A stretch of DNA of 64,000 nucleotides. It comes from Candidatus Hydrogenedentota bacterium (lineage in GTDB: Bacteria; Hydrogenedentota; Hydrogenedentia; Hydrogenedentales; SLHB01). The stretch spans positions 10,955 to 74,954 of the forward strand of contig BTVY01000036.1 in assembly GCA_045863335.1 (NCBI GenBank), in the 5' to 3' direction. This document shows, piece after piece, positions 8,874 to 18,890 of this stretch. A program made the position numbers and the translations under genes. Position 1 is the first letter of the stretch, and every line of letters begins with the position of its first letter. The notes under the pieces were generated by a model that saw only the letters and a program-made list of their open reading frames with translations, had not been told where the DNA came from and ran no database searches.

Positions 8874-10316
8874 TCAGATCGAAGCCCGGGCGATTTGCGC
8901 AACCGCGGAATGCTCGGCGTGATTGCTGCAATGTTCCAGGACTTCTCGAGCGAAAGCCCGTGACCCATCGTCCGTGACGACAGACGCCAGTACGGTGAGC
9001 AAGGGGGTCACGCGCGTTTCGGGTAGCGAAAGAAGGACGTCTGCGCCGGGACTCTGCTTCAATGACAAACCCTGGCGATGGTCGGCCGCCGCCGCTTCGA
9101 GCGCAATGATTATTGCAGCCTCTATGTCGGTCGTGCCGGTTAAGAGGCTTCTCGCTTGATCGACGTCCCCATGAACGTGGGTTTGTGACGCAATAAAGTA
9201 CCGGGCGACACGCAAGGCGCTGCCCGCGTTCTCCACATCCTCCGAAAACGGGACCCCGTGGACGGCGCGGAGTCCACGCGTCGCCGCCGCAAAATGGAGA
9301 ATCGTCCGCGGCGCCTCCCGCATACGCACAAACGCAAGTTCGGCCTTCTTGGGTTCGAACTGGAGGAACGCCTCGTAGGTGCGCGCCAACACGGACGAAC
9401 TGCTGTCCGTACGGACCAGATCTATGTATAGATTCATGAGGTCCTCTCGGGGAGGCACTTCGCACAAGGCATAGGCCACCAAATTCCGGGACGCGGGGTC
9501 CCGAAACAGCAACTCCAATCGTGCGGCGCTCTCCGGTCCAGGAACACCGCCGAGCGACTTGATCAATGCGTACTTTCGCAACCCGCCATTGCGTTCGATC
9601 TCCCGCTCCAGCATCGGGACGGCGCTCGCACCGTGCAGGGCGATCATGCGGATCGCTTTCAGATACGCAAGGTCATTGGAGGATTGCTCCAGTAGTTCTT
9701 CAAGGAGCATCAAGCGGTCTTCCCCGCCGACCGTTCCCAACCGCGCACGTGCGACCTCCTGCTGCGCGATGGACGAAAGACCGTATACGTGGAATCCGTT
9801 GACATACCCCATGTCAACAGTTCGTTCGGGATCTCGGTGTACGAACCATCTTGGAGGTCGATGGTCAAGGTCCTGCCAGGTTATGCGCACCGCGGGCTGG
9901 CTCGCGCCGGCTTGGTTCGGTGGAACAAAGACAAACTGGCTATACGCGCGGCAGGCATACGGCTGCGACCTTCCACAATCGTCCCCGGCATTCACCCAGT
10001 CGTGCGCGAGCGTCACGCGAAAGCCAAACGAATCTCCACATTCCGTGGGCTCGGCCTCGCACTGAACCAGGCGCCACCGGTGATCCTCCAACGACTTCGC
10101 CAGGGGGTACACGGGCGACGATTCCAATACGGTAAAGGCAGCTGGGACTCCCGAGGTCGCGTCGAGCAGGCGCGCCGCCGGAACTGTCATCAAGAGGTAC
10201 CAACCGGCAATCAACGCTGCGCCAATCGTGGTCCGTAGCACGGGTTTTACCGGAAAGGGCCGGTTCAGCCGCTGAATCAGCCATTCATATACCCAGTCGA
10301 CAAAACAGACAAACAT
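8874..10316 (-). CDS. Hypothetical membrane-anchored protein with C-terminal HEAT-like helices
   Basis: One N-terminal TM; clearly paralogous to 11375-12307. Confidence 0.65.
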   Translation of the reverse strand: MFVCFVDWVYEWLIQRLNRPFPVKPVLRTTIGAALIAGWYLLMTVPAARLLDATSGVPAAFTVLESSPVYPLAKSLEDHRWRLVQCEAEPTECGDSFGFRVTLAHDWVNAGDDCGRSQPYACRAYSQFVFVPPNQAGASQPAVRITWQDLDHRPPRWFVHRDPERTVDMGYVNGFHVYGLSSIAQQEVARARLGTVGGEDRLMLLEELLEQSSNDLAYLKAIRMIALHGASAVPMLEREIERNGGLRKYALIKSLGGVPGPESAARLELLFRDPASRNLVAYALCEVPPREDLMNLYIDLVRTDSSSSVLARTYEAFLQFEPKKAELAFVRMREAPRTILHFAAATRGLRAVHGVPFSEDVENAGSALRVARYFIASQTHVHGDVDQARSLLTGTTDIEAAIIIALEAAAADHRQGLSLKQSPGADVLLSLPETRVTPLLTVLASVVTDDGSRAFAREVLEHCSNHAEHSAVAQIARASI

Positions 10317-10508
10317 ACTTCCCCCATTCCGGTTTGCGCCGGAACTCTCAGTGATTCGCCTGCGACTTCCTTCTGTCCTCTAGGACGTTTCCCGGAGGCA
10401 AAAAGTTATACCGATCAGAATTTTTTTCTTGTGATGAAGTTGGTTGACTCTCTGGGAAGCTAATGACGGCGAGGTCATGAAGCGATCAGTGATCCGGCAC
10501 GGTCGCCG

Positions 10509-11213
10509 TCACCAATCCGCGGAGTAGCCATAGTTGAAGAGCGAAGGGAACCGGAACCGCTCGGCCTGGACGAGTGCCCCAGATACGATATCGACGTATA
10601 CGGCAAAGGAGTCATCGCTCTCCACATCTTCGGGGCTGACCAGACACAATGCACATTGCTGCGATGGAACCGGACCGTGGAGAAGTTTGCCGACCCGGTC
10701 GGGTTGCACATAGGAAAAGTATGCGGCGGGCAAGAGGACACATAGCGGTGCACACGTCTCGAGGAGATTGTTGCCGGCCTTTTCCCGGCGGATGTGCTCC
10801 GATACGGCTGCGCAAACTGCTGGTGAATCTGCCCAGTCCTTGGGCAACGCTTCCGGCAGAATGGTCATGTCTTGAGGAAAAGCTCCGTAGCACGCGAACA
10901 CGTACTCTACTGCCGGCAGGGAAAGTTGTCTGGCAGCCGACTTCACCCATCCCTTAGGTTTTCCGTTCGCCACGCGCACGAGGTACACCTCGTTCGCCGC
11001 TTCTGAGTAGAAATCGAAGTGCCACGCGGCAGCCGTACCATCCATATTCACGTCGCGTTCACTGTCCATGACCGACGCGTACACGCAGCAGAGGACTGCT
11101 GACCGCGCGTGGGGCCAATTCTGAGGCGTCAATTGCTCCTCCGCCAATCGGTACGCCTCTCGTGCCGTCATCGACGAGCCGCCGCCACCCAGTAGTCCCT
11201 TGAGAAATCCCAT
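10509..11213 (-). CDS. Hypothetical protein
   Basis: ORF of about 234 aa with a typical MGFLKGLLGG N-terminus and an RBS-like AGG upstream. Confidence 0.6.
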   Translation of the reverse strand: MGFLKGLLGGGGSSMTAREAYRLAEEQLTPQNWPHARSAVLCCVYASVMDSERDVNMDGTAAAWHFDFYSEAANEVYLVRVANGKPKGWVKSAARQLSLPAVEYVFACYGAFPQDMTILPEALPKDWADSPAVCAAVSEHIRREKAGNNLLETCAPLCVLLPAAYFSYVQPDRVGKLLHGPVPSQQCALCLVSPEDVESDDSFAVYVDIVSGALVQAERFRFPSLFNYGYSADW

Positions 11214-11374
11214 CGCGCCTCGCTGGTTCAATCGGCTAATGCGATTGGTCTATGAAAGCGCCAGTGGCGGGCAATGTCAAACTTGGCCGAACATGGAGCT
11301 ATCCCGGCGTAGCCTGATCTTCGTGAGAAAACGCATGCGTGCGCGGCCCGCAGTTTGTAGACGCGGGCCGCGAG

Positions 11375-12307
11375 TTAGATGTGCGAATTCCATACGGCGG
11401 CGCGCATGCCTGATGAATAGATGGGTTCAAGGTCTGCGCGGTACGGACTCGTGCTGAGCGCCCGATATACGTGGTCTCGCGAGTCCGGGTCAGCGCACAG
11501 TTCGCGAATGAGGCCCGCGCTCTCCGGCCCGGGGATTCGCACGAGCAAGGAGATGATGCTGTAGCGGCTGCAATCGCAACTGCGCGCGATGGCCCGCCGC
11601 AACACCGGTACGGCTACCTGTTCGTGGCTCGCGATCAAGCGAAGAATCTTCAATCGACCGAACTCGCTCCCGCAACGCCCATGACGATCCTCGAGCAGGG
11701 CAAGCAAATCGGAACCCCCATCGGTTCCCAGGCGTTGGTGCGCGAGTTCGAGCTGCGGTACAGTCATCTTTCCGTACACGGCATAACCGTGCGAAGTCCC
11801 GAGATAGCGCGCCGTGCGACCTCCCTCTTCTGCGATCCATGATGGAGGTTCGTCTTTGACCCGGTTCCAACGTATGCGCACCCTGTCACGCGGGGCGCCG
11901 GACTCTTGAACGGGAGCGAGAAGCAACTCTTGGTACGTCTGCCGGTACTCTGGCCTGGCGAAGGAATCGTCCGGTGGACTGTCCAACCAGACATGCTGAA
12001 GCACTACCGTGTACCCTGAAATATCGCCGCACTGCGACGGGGTGTCGTCGCAATGAACGATTGTCCAGTGGTTATCCTCCAGGCGAGATGCCAACCCAAA
12101 TACGGGCGAGGTTTGCGCAACGCGAAAGCCCTCATCGCGCGATACGCGAATCGCGTGAGACGAGGATTCAGGCACGATGGTCAAGGCATACCAACCCGCG
12201 AGGATGAGAAGAAAGAGAGAGGCCTTAACCAGTTGCGCGGACGAAGGCAGTTGGAACTGCCAAGCGCCGAACCAACCACGAACGCGGTCGACGGCATCGA
12301 AAAACAT
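11375..12307 (-). CDS. Hypothetical membrane-anchored protein (paralog of 8874-10316)
   Basis: Shared blocks AGWY.L, SPV..LA..LED..W..V.C...P..CGD and VPGPESA/IPGPESA. Start uncertain. Confidence 0.65.
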   Translation of the reverse strand: MFFDAVDRVRGWFGAWQFQLPSSAQLVKASLFLLILAGWYALTIVPESSSHAIRVSRDEGFRVAQTSPVFGLASRLEDNHWTIVHCDDTPSQCGDISGYTVVLQHVWLDSPPDDSFARPEYRQTYQELLLAPVQESGAPRDRVRIRWNRVKDEPPSWIAEEGGRTARYLGTSHGYAVYGKMTVPQLELAHQRLGTDGGSDLLALLEDRHGRCGSEFGRLKILRLIASHEQVAVPVLRRAIARSCDCSRYSIISLLVRIPGPESAGLIRELCADPDSRDHVYRALSTSPYRADLEPIYSSGMRAAVWNSHI

Positions 12308-12436
12308 GGTACTACCCAAATACGTACTGCGAAACTCGCCAGTACTGCGGTTCCCCTCTGGTGGGTATCTGTATTCTACCGTAAGAGGCCGGACACTTAC
12401 AAATTTCACACAGAACACACACTGGGCTGATTTCCG

Positions 12437-12464
12437 TGTAACCCTTTCGACTTGCCGGCGTCTT
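12437..12464 (+). promoter_or_regulatory. Possible ECF-sigma autoregulatory promoter
   Basis: TGTAAC-N16-CGTC directly upstream of the ECF sigma gene. Confidence 0.4.
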
Positions 12465-12493
12465 ATGATGTAGTAGAAGGCCGGAGTGACGTG

Positions 12494-15145
12494 ATGTCAG
12501 ACGCTGAAGCCATACAAGCCGTACGGAATGGGGATAAGGACCGCTACGCGGAGCTGGTTCACCGCTACCAGCGCATGGTCTATGCCATTGCCTGGAGCCG
12601 TCTTGGCGACCGGGACCTCTGCGAGGATGCCGCCCAGGAGACCTTCGTCAAGGCGTACCACTACCTTATGGCCCTGCGGAACCCGGCGAAGTTCCCCGGC
12701 TGGCTGGCACGCATTGCCCAGAACGTGAGCACATCCATCCTGCGCCGCCGGAAGCGGGAGCTGGATAAGCGGGAACGCTGGCGCCTCGAACAACCGGAAA
12801 CCACTTCCGCGATAGATACGGCGGACGACGCGCCGATAACCGAAACGCTTCGTGAAACCCTGGCCGAACTCCCGGCCCAGCACCGCGAATGCCTCGCGCT
12901 CTACTACCTCGAAGGCAAGAGCGTCCGCGACGCCGCGGAACTGCTTTCCATCTCCGAATCCACCATGAAGACGCGCCTCCATCGCGCGCGCCAGGCACTG
13001 CGCGGCAGGTTGGAAGAAAAGCTGGAAGACTCTCTCGCCGCACTCGGACCGCGCAAAAACTTCTCCGCCGGGGTTATTGTTCTGTTGCCGTCGTCACCAT
13101 GGCTGGCGGGCGCGGGAGTGGGAGGGGCGTCCATTGGCTCGAAGCTGCTCACCGGACTCGCCCAGTTTGCATTACTCCCCATGGTCCTGTTCATGTCGCT
13201 GTTTAACGTGGCCTTTGCGGCCTTATTCTTCGGGTGGCTCGGCAAACTGGAATCGGCCAACCTCGCGCCCGGTCCGGGCCAACGCGCGCGCCAACAGGTG
13301 ATTCGCCGCTACGTCCTGCTCTTGGTAATCGCTGGCGCGATGGCAATAATCTTTTCGTTCTCGTTCGCCTTTCGCGGCAATCCGCTCATGGTCTTCCAGC
13401 TTCTGGTTCCCTTCTGCGCCTGGGGCACGTACCGGACGCTTCGCTTCCTGCGCGTCAACCGCACGCCCTTCGCCTACGGGCAATTGCTGGCGAATGCGAC
13501 GTTCACACTTACGTCCATCCTCATCGGCTTTCTGCACGCGCCCTTCTGGATCTTCTTCGTGGCCATGCTGCCGCTGAACGTCGTTCTCTACTACGCCAAC
13601 AAGAGCCGGCCCGCGCGGCATGATTACAACCTCTTCCTGCGCGCCGCGCAGGGCATGCTTGGCAAATCGGAAGCTCAGGGGGGAGGCATTCCCCGCGTGA
13701 CGGATAGGGAACTGCGCGCGTTCGCGCGGTTCCTGGGCAATCGGTTTCTTGTTTTGGACTACACCATCCGCGTCAAATCGCTTTGCCTGTATCTACCACC
13801 CGTGAAGCCCACGCTACGCCAATTCTTCGGCATCAATGAGTCGAACTCTACCGTACAACTCAGCCCCGACGGCGGGGCCGACGCCGAACTTGGAGCGCGC
13901 GACCGCAAGAATCTTGCAACCATGGTCGATTCGCCCCTCGGAGAGGTCGCTGAACTCGAAGCAACCGTCTCCGAAGCGATTTCAGAAGCGTTTCGGCTCT
14001 TCCTGGATGGGCAGACCGAGCAGGCGGAAGTCCTGCTTCAGCCGGAAAACGATACCGCGATCTTCCGGAAACCGGTCGGCGACAGCGCCGAGCACCGTGC
14101 GCGCGGAATTCTCGCCATCGTCGCTGCGGTTTTCCTGCTCGCGTTCAGCCTCGTTACCGCGTTCTGGAAATTGCCGCCGCCGATCCGCGTGACGGGAGAC
14201 GAAATCAACGAAGCCATGGTAGCTTGGAAAAACGACTACGACCTCCGCTGGGTAGCCTTTCACTCCGTTCTGAGCGCCGATGCGCCGCTTTCCCTTGACG
14301 CGCTTGCAGCACCCGCTCGGACGGCCTATCGGAATGCCGCCATCCAACTCCTGACGGAAGGCCGTGACGATGCGGACGGGCGCGCCACAAACGCGCTGTT
14401 CGGCGCGGAAGCGTTGTACAACATCATCCAAAGCAACTTGCTGTCCGATGCGGAACTCGCGTCACTGGGGATTGACAGCAAAACGGTCCGTCAAGCGCTG
14501 ACCGGAACGAATCAGGTTCGGCTCGATCATCTCTTTATTCTATGGAACGAAGCAGAGGGGGCCTACGTATATCCGGGGTCCGTCGTGACCATCGCGCGGC
14601 GTTTGGCCTGCCTGAAACACTTTGGCTGCCTCGATCTCGTCGACTCGGATCGTCTCGCGCATCAACTCGCCGATCGGCAGGTCACGCCCGCCTGGGAATC
14701 GCGCGATGAAAGTCTGGATTGGAAGCGCGCCCAAGGCCTTTTTATGTTCAAGTTCTGCGATCTCGAAGGCACCTACGGGACCCTCGCTGCCCTTGAAGAA
14801 CTCGACCGCCTCGACCTCATCGACCGCGAGGCCTGCGTGGAAGCCATCCTTCGCTTCCACAATGGCACCGGCCAATTCGGCTCCGGCCGGGAACGCGACC
14901 GCGCCAACATCCGAATCTATCCCAGCACCAAAGCCAACGCCCTCGACCGCATCCCTGACTTCACCCGCTGGAACCTCAAGCCCGAAATTATCGTCACCGA
15001 CCGCAACCAACCCATCGCCGACAACGTCTCCACCCCCGACGCTATCGTAACCTGGGCCTGCCAAAAACGCATCGAACTCGTCCGCGCCACCTACCAGTTG
15101 CCGGAACGCGACAACGATCTTCGCCAACTGAATCGTCGAGACTGA
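12494..15145 (+). CDS. ECF sigma factor with long multi-TM C-terminal extension
   Basis: Sigma2 (EDAAQETFVKAY, FPGWLARIA) and sigma4 (EGKSVRDAAELL...MKTRLHRAR), followed by several TM helices and a soluble domain. Confidence 0.9.
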   Translation: MSDAEAIQAVRNGDKDRYAELVHRYQRMVYAIAWSRLGDRDLCEDAAQETFVKAYHYLMALRNPAKFPGWLARIAQNVSTSILRRRKRELDKRERWRLEQPETTSAIDTADDAPITETLRETLAELPAQHRECLALYYLEGKSVRDAAELLSISESTMKTRLHRARQALRGRLEEKLEDSLAALGPRKNFSAGVIVLLPSSPWLAGAGVGGASIGSKLLTGLAQFALLPMVLFMSLFNVAFAALFFGWLGKLESANLAPGPGQRARQQVIRRYVLLLVIAGAMAIIFSFSFAFRGNPLMVFQLLVPFCAWGTYRTLRFLRVNRTPFAYGQLLANATFTLTSILIGFLHAPFWIFFVAMLPLNVVLYYANKSRPARHDYNLFLRAAQGMLGKSEAQGGGIPRVTDRELRAFARFLGNRFLVLDYTIRVKSLCLYLPPVKPTLRQFFGINESNSTVQLSPDGGADAELGARDRKNLATMVDSPLGEVAELEATVSEAISEAFRLFLDGQTEQAEVLLQPENDTAIFRKPVGDSAEHRARGILAIVAAVFLLAFSLVTAFWKLPPPIRVTGDEINEAMVAWKNDYDLRWVAFHSVLSADAPLSLDALAAPARTAYRNAAIQLLTEGRDDADGRATNALFGAEALYNIIQSNLLSDAELASLGIDSKTVRQALTGTNQVRLDHLFILWNEAEGAYVYPGSVVTIARRLACLKHFGCLDLVDSDRLAHQLADRQVTPAWESRDESLDWKRAQGLFMFKFCDLEGTYGTLAALEELDRLDLIDREACVEAILRFHNGTGQFGSGRERDRANIRIYPSTKANALDRIPDFTRWNLKPEIIVTDRNQPIADNVSTPDAIVTWACQKRIELVRATYQLPERDNDLRQLNRRD

Positions 15146-15308
15146 TTGTCGGATATCTTGCGGAATGTACCGCAAGTTGAACCCGTGGACTCTGGTGTCA
15201 GAATTCCATCACGGCGCCATCATTCTGATCGAAACCAAATCGCCGACATGTCGCACCGTCTCGGCCCCGGGCGGGCGAAGTTGCTGATCCACCTACTGAA
15301 TACGTCTC

Positions 15309-15406
15309 CGCCCCGGAGGGGCGAAAGACTGTAGCCCAACGTGGAGCGAAGCGGAACGTTGGGTTAACAAATCTTCCTTGTTCACCGAGCCCTTATAGGG
15401 CGGCAG
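15309..15406. repeat. REP-like palindromic element
   Basis: CGCCCCGGAGGGGCG, CCCAACGT...ACGTTGGG and GCCCTTATAGGGC hairpins between convergent genes. Confidence 0.5.
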
Positions 15407-15480
15407 AATTGTCGCTTCCGAAAGCGGCCAAGTCATCCGATCAACCCACGGTCCCCGAGGCTTCCGAGATTCAATTCCGG

Positions 15481-17610
15481 CTATTCCGCGAATAACGGGG
15501 GAAACACACGCGCGCGAATCTCAGGCTCCCTCAACAGCGCGGCCTGTAAAAAGGTGAAACTGTACACCAGGTGGCCTTCGTAGCCGCAGGTGTTGCCTTG
15601 CCAGTCCATGAACTCCGCGCCAAGAGGAAACTGGTCGATGACGCCGTTCTGAAAACCGCCGCCATTGGGAAACGCGCCTTCCACCTGGCGCTTGAGCATG
15701 GCATTGAGGATGCGGTCGGCCTTCTCGGTTTCGCCGGCCATGTTTAATGCGGTGATGAAGTAGTAGGTGTCGCTCACGCAACAGCCGCCGTTGAGATACT
15801 GCTGAAACGTATCGCTGCCGTCCTCCAGACCCGGCTGACCGTAGGATCGATCGCGTCCCGGCTTGGGCTGGGAGTAATCGCCCTTCCGTACGGGGACCAG
15901 TGTAAGCGGCGTCCCAATGGAAAAGTTGTTGAACCCGGCCTCTTCCATCTTTGCCCAGAGTTTGTTGAGCATGCTGCGGCCGTTCTCAGGCTCGACAAGT
16001 CCGTACAGGACCGCGATGCTCGTGTTCATCGGCGCGGCGAGATCGTGGAGTTCGCCATCCTCGCTCCGCCACCACGCCATCCACCCCGTCTGTGGATTGA
16101 ACAGTGCGGGCTGGTACGCGGCCTTCAGTTTGTCCGCAAGCGCGTTGTATCGCGTTGCCTGATCCCTGCGGCCCAGTTTCGTTTCCAGATCCGCGAGACC
16201 GCGCCACGCCCGGTAGATCAGCGCATTGCAGTACCCGTCCTTGTGCCCCGTGTTGATCGTGTCATAGGCCGACCCGCCGAGACGCCCCACCTGCGTCCCG
16301 TAATTGCCGGAGTACTTGGTCTCAACAAGCCCGTCGCCATCCACGTCCCGCTCGGCCAGATAGTCCGCGAGCCGCTCCAGCGTTTCGATCCGGCGCTCCA
16401 GCCATGCCCGATCGCCCGACGCCTCCACATAGCACCACGCGCCGATCAACGGACCCGCGTTCGCATCCGGCATTCCCGTCACGTCGCGCCACGACCGCAT
16501 CTCGCCCGACGGTTCGATCCCGTGGTCCAGCCACCAGTCGAGCGTGTTGCGAAGCTGGGGAGCCGCGTTGATCCCGTCAGCCAACTCCGGCGCGAGCAAC
16601 ACGTGGTCCGACATCATGTGCAACACGCAACTCACGGGATCGCTCACAACATTGTTTGCCAACAATCCCGGCGGCGAGTATTGCGGACGCTCCGCGCTGC
16701 CCCATTCGGCGCTCGGCTGCAGCATGTTCAACCACCCGCGCCGGATGGCCCGCCACAGTGCATCGTCGTGCAGCCCGGCAGGCATGGGCACCTGCGACGG
16801 CTCCAGCGCAAACACCACGCGATCCGCGTCGGCGACCGCCCATTCCAAGGTAAAATCGACCCGGTTGTCGCCTTCCCGCGTCCCCGTCAGACGCCCCGTC
16901 ACCGCGTCGCCCGGTTCCGCGCTCAGTCGCATCGCCCCCAAGTCCGGCGCATTGATCAACACCGGTAACCGCATCCCCGCGCCATCCATCCACTCTGACG
17001 GCAATACCGTCGTCGCCGTCGCTTTCGGATCAAAGGGGAAGGTCATCCGCGCCGCCGTGAGATTGGCGTTTTCCGGCTTAACCGAGTCGATGGCAAGATC
17101 AATGCGCGCCCCGGTATGCGAGATCGTCCATGCGACGGACGCGCCCTCCCCGAGATCAAATCGGTAGACATTCTCCGGTGCCTTGTGAGGCTCGACTTTC
17201 GTTGGGAATTCCGTTGCCGGCGACCACTCCCCGTCAATTCGCAGATCCAAGCGTACCGGCGCATACAAAAGATTCAACGAGTCCCGCGAACCGCCCTCCG
17301 TGTCCCAACTCAGGAAATCGATTTCGGCCTCGTCGTCCCACTCCATCCGCACCACCGGCTCACCGGACGAAACCGCAATTCCATCCAGCACCCCCGCAGA
17401 CAACACGGCCAACGCAAACGCAGTGATTCCGCTCAAGGTCAAAGCCCTCGTTGTAAATACGCCGTCAACGATGCCCGAAACAATACACCGCACGTCCCCC
17501 GACCACAACGGCGGCACCCTAAAGAGCCAGATGGATTCCCGCCTCCGCGGGAATGACGGAGGGAGGCGTCTACAAATCGGGAAAACCACGCACTGCACCC
17601 AAACCGTCAT
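15481..17610 (-). CDS. Exported (alpha/alpha)6 glycoside-hydrolase-like protein
   Basis: DVDGDGLVE, YDTI..GHKDGYCNALIYRAW..LA.LE and FNPQTG motifs typical of GH78/GH116/MGH1-like barrels. The true start is probably near 17490, as the ORF 5' end runs through a REP. Confidence 0.75.
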   Translation of the reverse strand: MTVWVQCVVFPICRRLPPSFPRRRESIWLFRVPPLWSGDVRCIVSGIVDGVFTTRALTLSGITAFALAVLSAGVLDGIAVSSGEPVVRMEWDDEAEIDFLSWDTEGGSRDSLNLLYAPVRLDLRIDGEWSPATEFPTKVEPHKAPENVYRFDLGEGASVAWTISHTGARIDLAIDSVKPENANLTAARMTFPFDPKATATTVLPSEWMDGAGMRLPVLINAPDLGAMRLSAEPGDAVTGRLTGTREGDNRVDFTLEWAVADADRVVFALEPSQVPMPAGLHDDALWRAIRRGWLNMLQPSAEWGSAERPQYSPPGLLANNVVSDPVSCVLHMMSDHVLLAPELADGINAAPQLRNTLDWWLDHGIEPSGEMRSWRDVTGMPDANAGPLIGAWCYVEASGDRAWLERRIETLERLADYLAERDVDGDGLVETKYSGNYGTQVGRLGGSAYDTINTGHKDGYCNALIYRAWRGLADLETKLGRRDQATRYNALADKLKAAYQPALFNPQTGWMAWWRSEDGELHDLAAPMNTSIAVLYGLVEPENGRSMLNKLWAKMEEAGFNNFSIGTPLTLVPVRKGDYSQPKPGRDRSYGQPGLEDGSDTFQQYLNGGCCVSDTYYFITALNMAGETEKADRILNAMLKRQVEGAFPNGGGFQNGVIDQFPLGAEFMDWQGNTCGYEGHLVYSFTFLQAALLREPEIRARVFPPLFAE

Positions 17611-17734
17611 CCTCTGTCAACCTCGCGAAAGCGGCGGGCAAGCGTGGACCCATCTCAATTCGTGCACATCCTTCATCGAGAATGACCGCGCTCCGAACCC
17701 AAACCGTCATCCCCGCGCAGGCGGGGACCCATCT
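17529..17734. repeat. Inverted pair of GTCATTCCCGCG.AGGCGGGAATCCA-type REPs (REPIN-like)
   Basis: 17529-17559 is an imperfect inverted repeat of 17704-17734; partial copies near 17597 and 54458-54544. Confidence 0.7.
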
Positions 17735-17849
17735 TCAGCGGATGCTGGATAACATAAGTGCGCGCAGAAAGCACCGCGTCGGTCATTCGCGAATGCGAAC
17801 AGACTCGTCCTCATTGATGCAGAACGCGACGGGCCCGGATTAGAACCGC

Positions 17850-18524
17850 CTACTCCACCATCCCGCGCAGCATCTGCACGGTCACATCTTCCAGGCTGGA
17901 GACGATGATGTCGGCCTGGGCGAGTTCTTCGCGGCTGAAACTGTTGGTGACGGCGAGGCATTTCATGCCGGCGGTCTTGGCGGACGCGACGCCGGTCACG
18001 GCGTCTTCGACGGCGACGCAGTGGGAGGGGGGAAGGTTAAGGGCGTCGGCGGCTTTGAGGTAGATCTCGGGATCGGGTTTCTTATGCGTGACCAAGTCGC
18101 CGTTGATGAAGGCGGCGAACCGGTCGAGGGGCGCATGGATGGTCTCGAGCGTGATTAGGGCTTTCTTCTCCGGCGTGGACGTGGCGATGGCGAGTTTCCA
18201 GGTGCCGTTCGTGTCGGCGACGGTTTTGATGAGTTCGATAGCGCCGGGGAGGGCCTTGCATTCGCCCGCTTCCAACAGGGCGACGAAATTGTTGTGCCGC
18301 AGTTCGACCGCTTCGTCCACGTCGCGCAACGTGATGCCCGCGTCTTCCGCAGGCCCGACGACGTAGCGCACCGCGCCCGTGCCGATGTAGGGACGAAAAT
18401 CCTCCGGCGTCAGTTCGACCCCGTAGAGGGTCTTGAACATGTCAATGCTCGCCCGCGCGATCAGCGCTTCCGTATCCGCGAGCACGCCATCCATATCAAA
18501 CACCAACCCAAACTGCTCACCCAT
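17850..18524 (-). CDS. HAD-superfamily phosphatase (beta-phosphoglucomutase-like)
   Basis: FDMDGVLADT, KPDPEIYL and VEDAVTGV motifs. Confidence 0.92.
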   Translation of the reverse strand: MGEQFGLVFDMDGVLADTEALIARASIDMFKTLYGVELTPEDFRPYIGTGAVRYVVGPAEDAGITLRDVDEAVELRHNNFVALLEAGECKALPGAIELIKTVADTNGTWKLAIATSTPEKKALITLETIHAPLDRFAAFINGDLVTHKKPDPEIYLKAADALNLPPSHCVAVEDAVTGVASAKTAGMKCLAVTNSFSREELAQADIIVSSLEDVTVQMLRGMVE

Positions 18525-18635
18525 ACCTGATTCCTTTATCCGTCGCGCCGCGTCAACGGCGTGGAACTCAACTGCACAACCTGGAAGAAACATCTCGATG
18601 GAACGACCTCGGTTCACTTCATAAGGCGGGGTCGT

Positions 18636-18789
18636 TAGGAGGGCGGGTTTTCCAACCCGCCGCGCCAATAACCATGGTTTGGTGCAAGAGTCTTTTCAAT
18701 GGAAACAAACTACCAAAACGCTCTGCAAATCTGTTTTGTTCTAATTACAAAAAAGGTTGGTATGGCGGGTTGGAAAACCCGCCCTCCTA
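18636..18789. repeat. Perfect 26-bp inverted repeat pair (REPIN-like)
   Basis: TAGGAGGGCGGGTTTTCCAACCCGCC at 18636-18661 and its reverse complement at 18764-18789. Confidence 0.8.
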
Positions 18790-18859
18790 TCAACCCCAAT
18801 TCCGAAGTCGACGCATACAAGGCGACGCCTCGCCTCTGACGAGCGAGGCGGGGTTTTCC

Positions 18860-18890
18860 AATCCGCAATCCGAAGTCCGCAATCCGCAAT
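18860..18890. repeat. AATCCG(C/A) heptamer tandem repeat
   Basis: About four copies, directly after the thrC stop. Confidence 0.7.
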
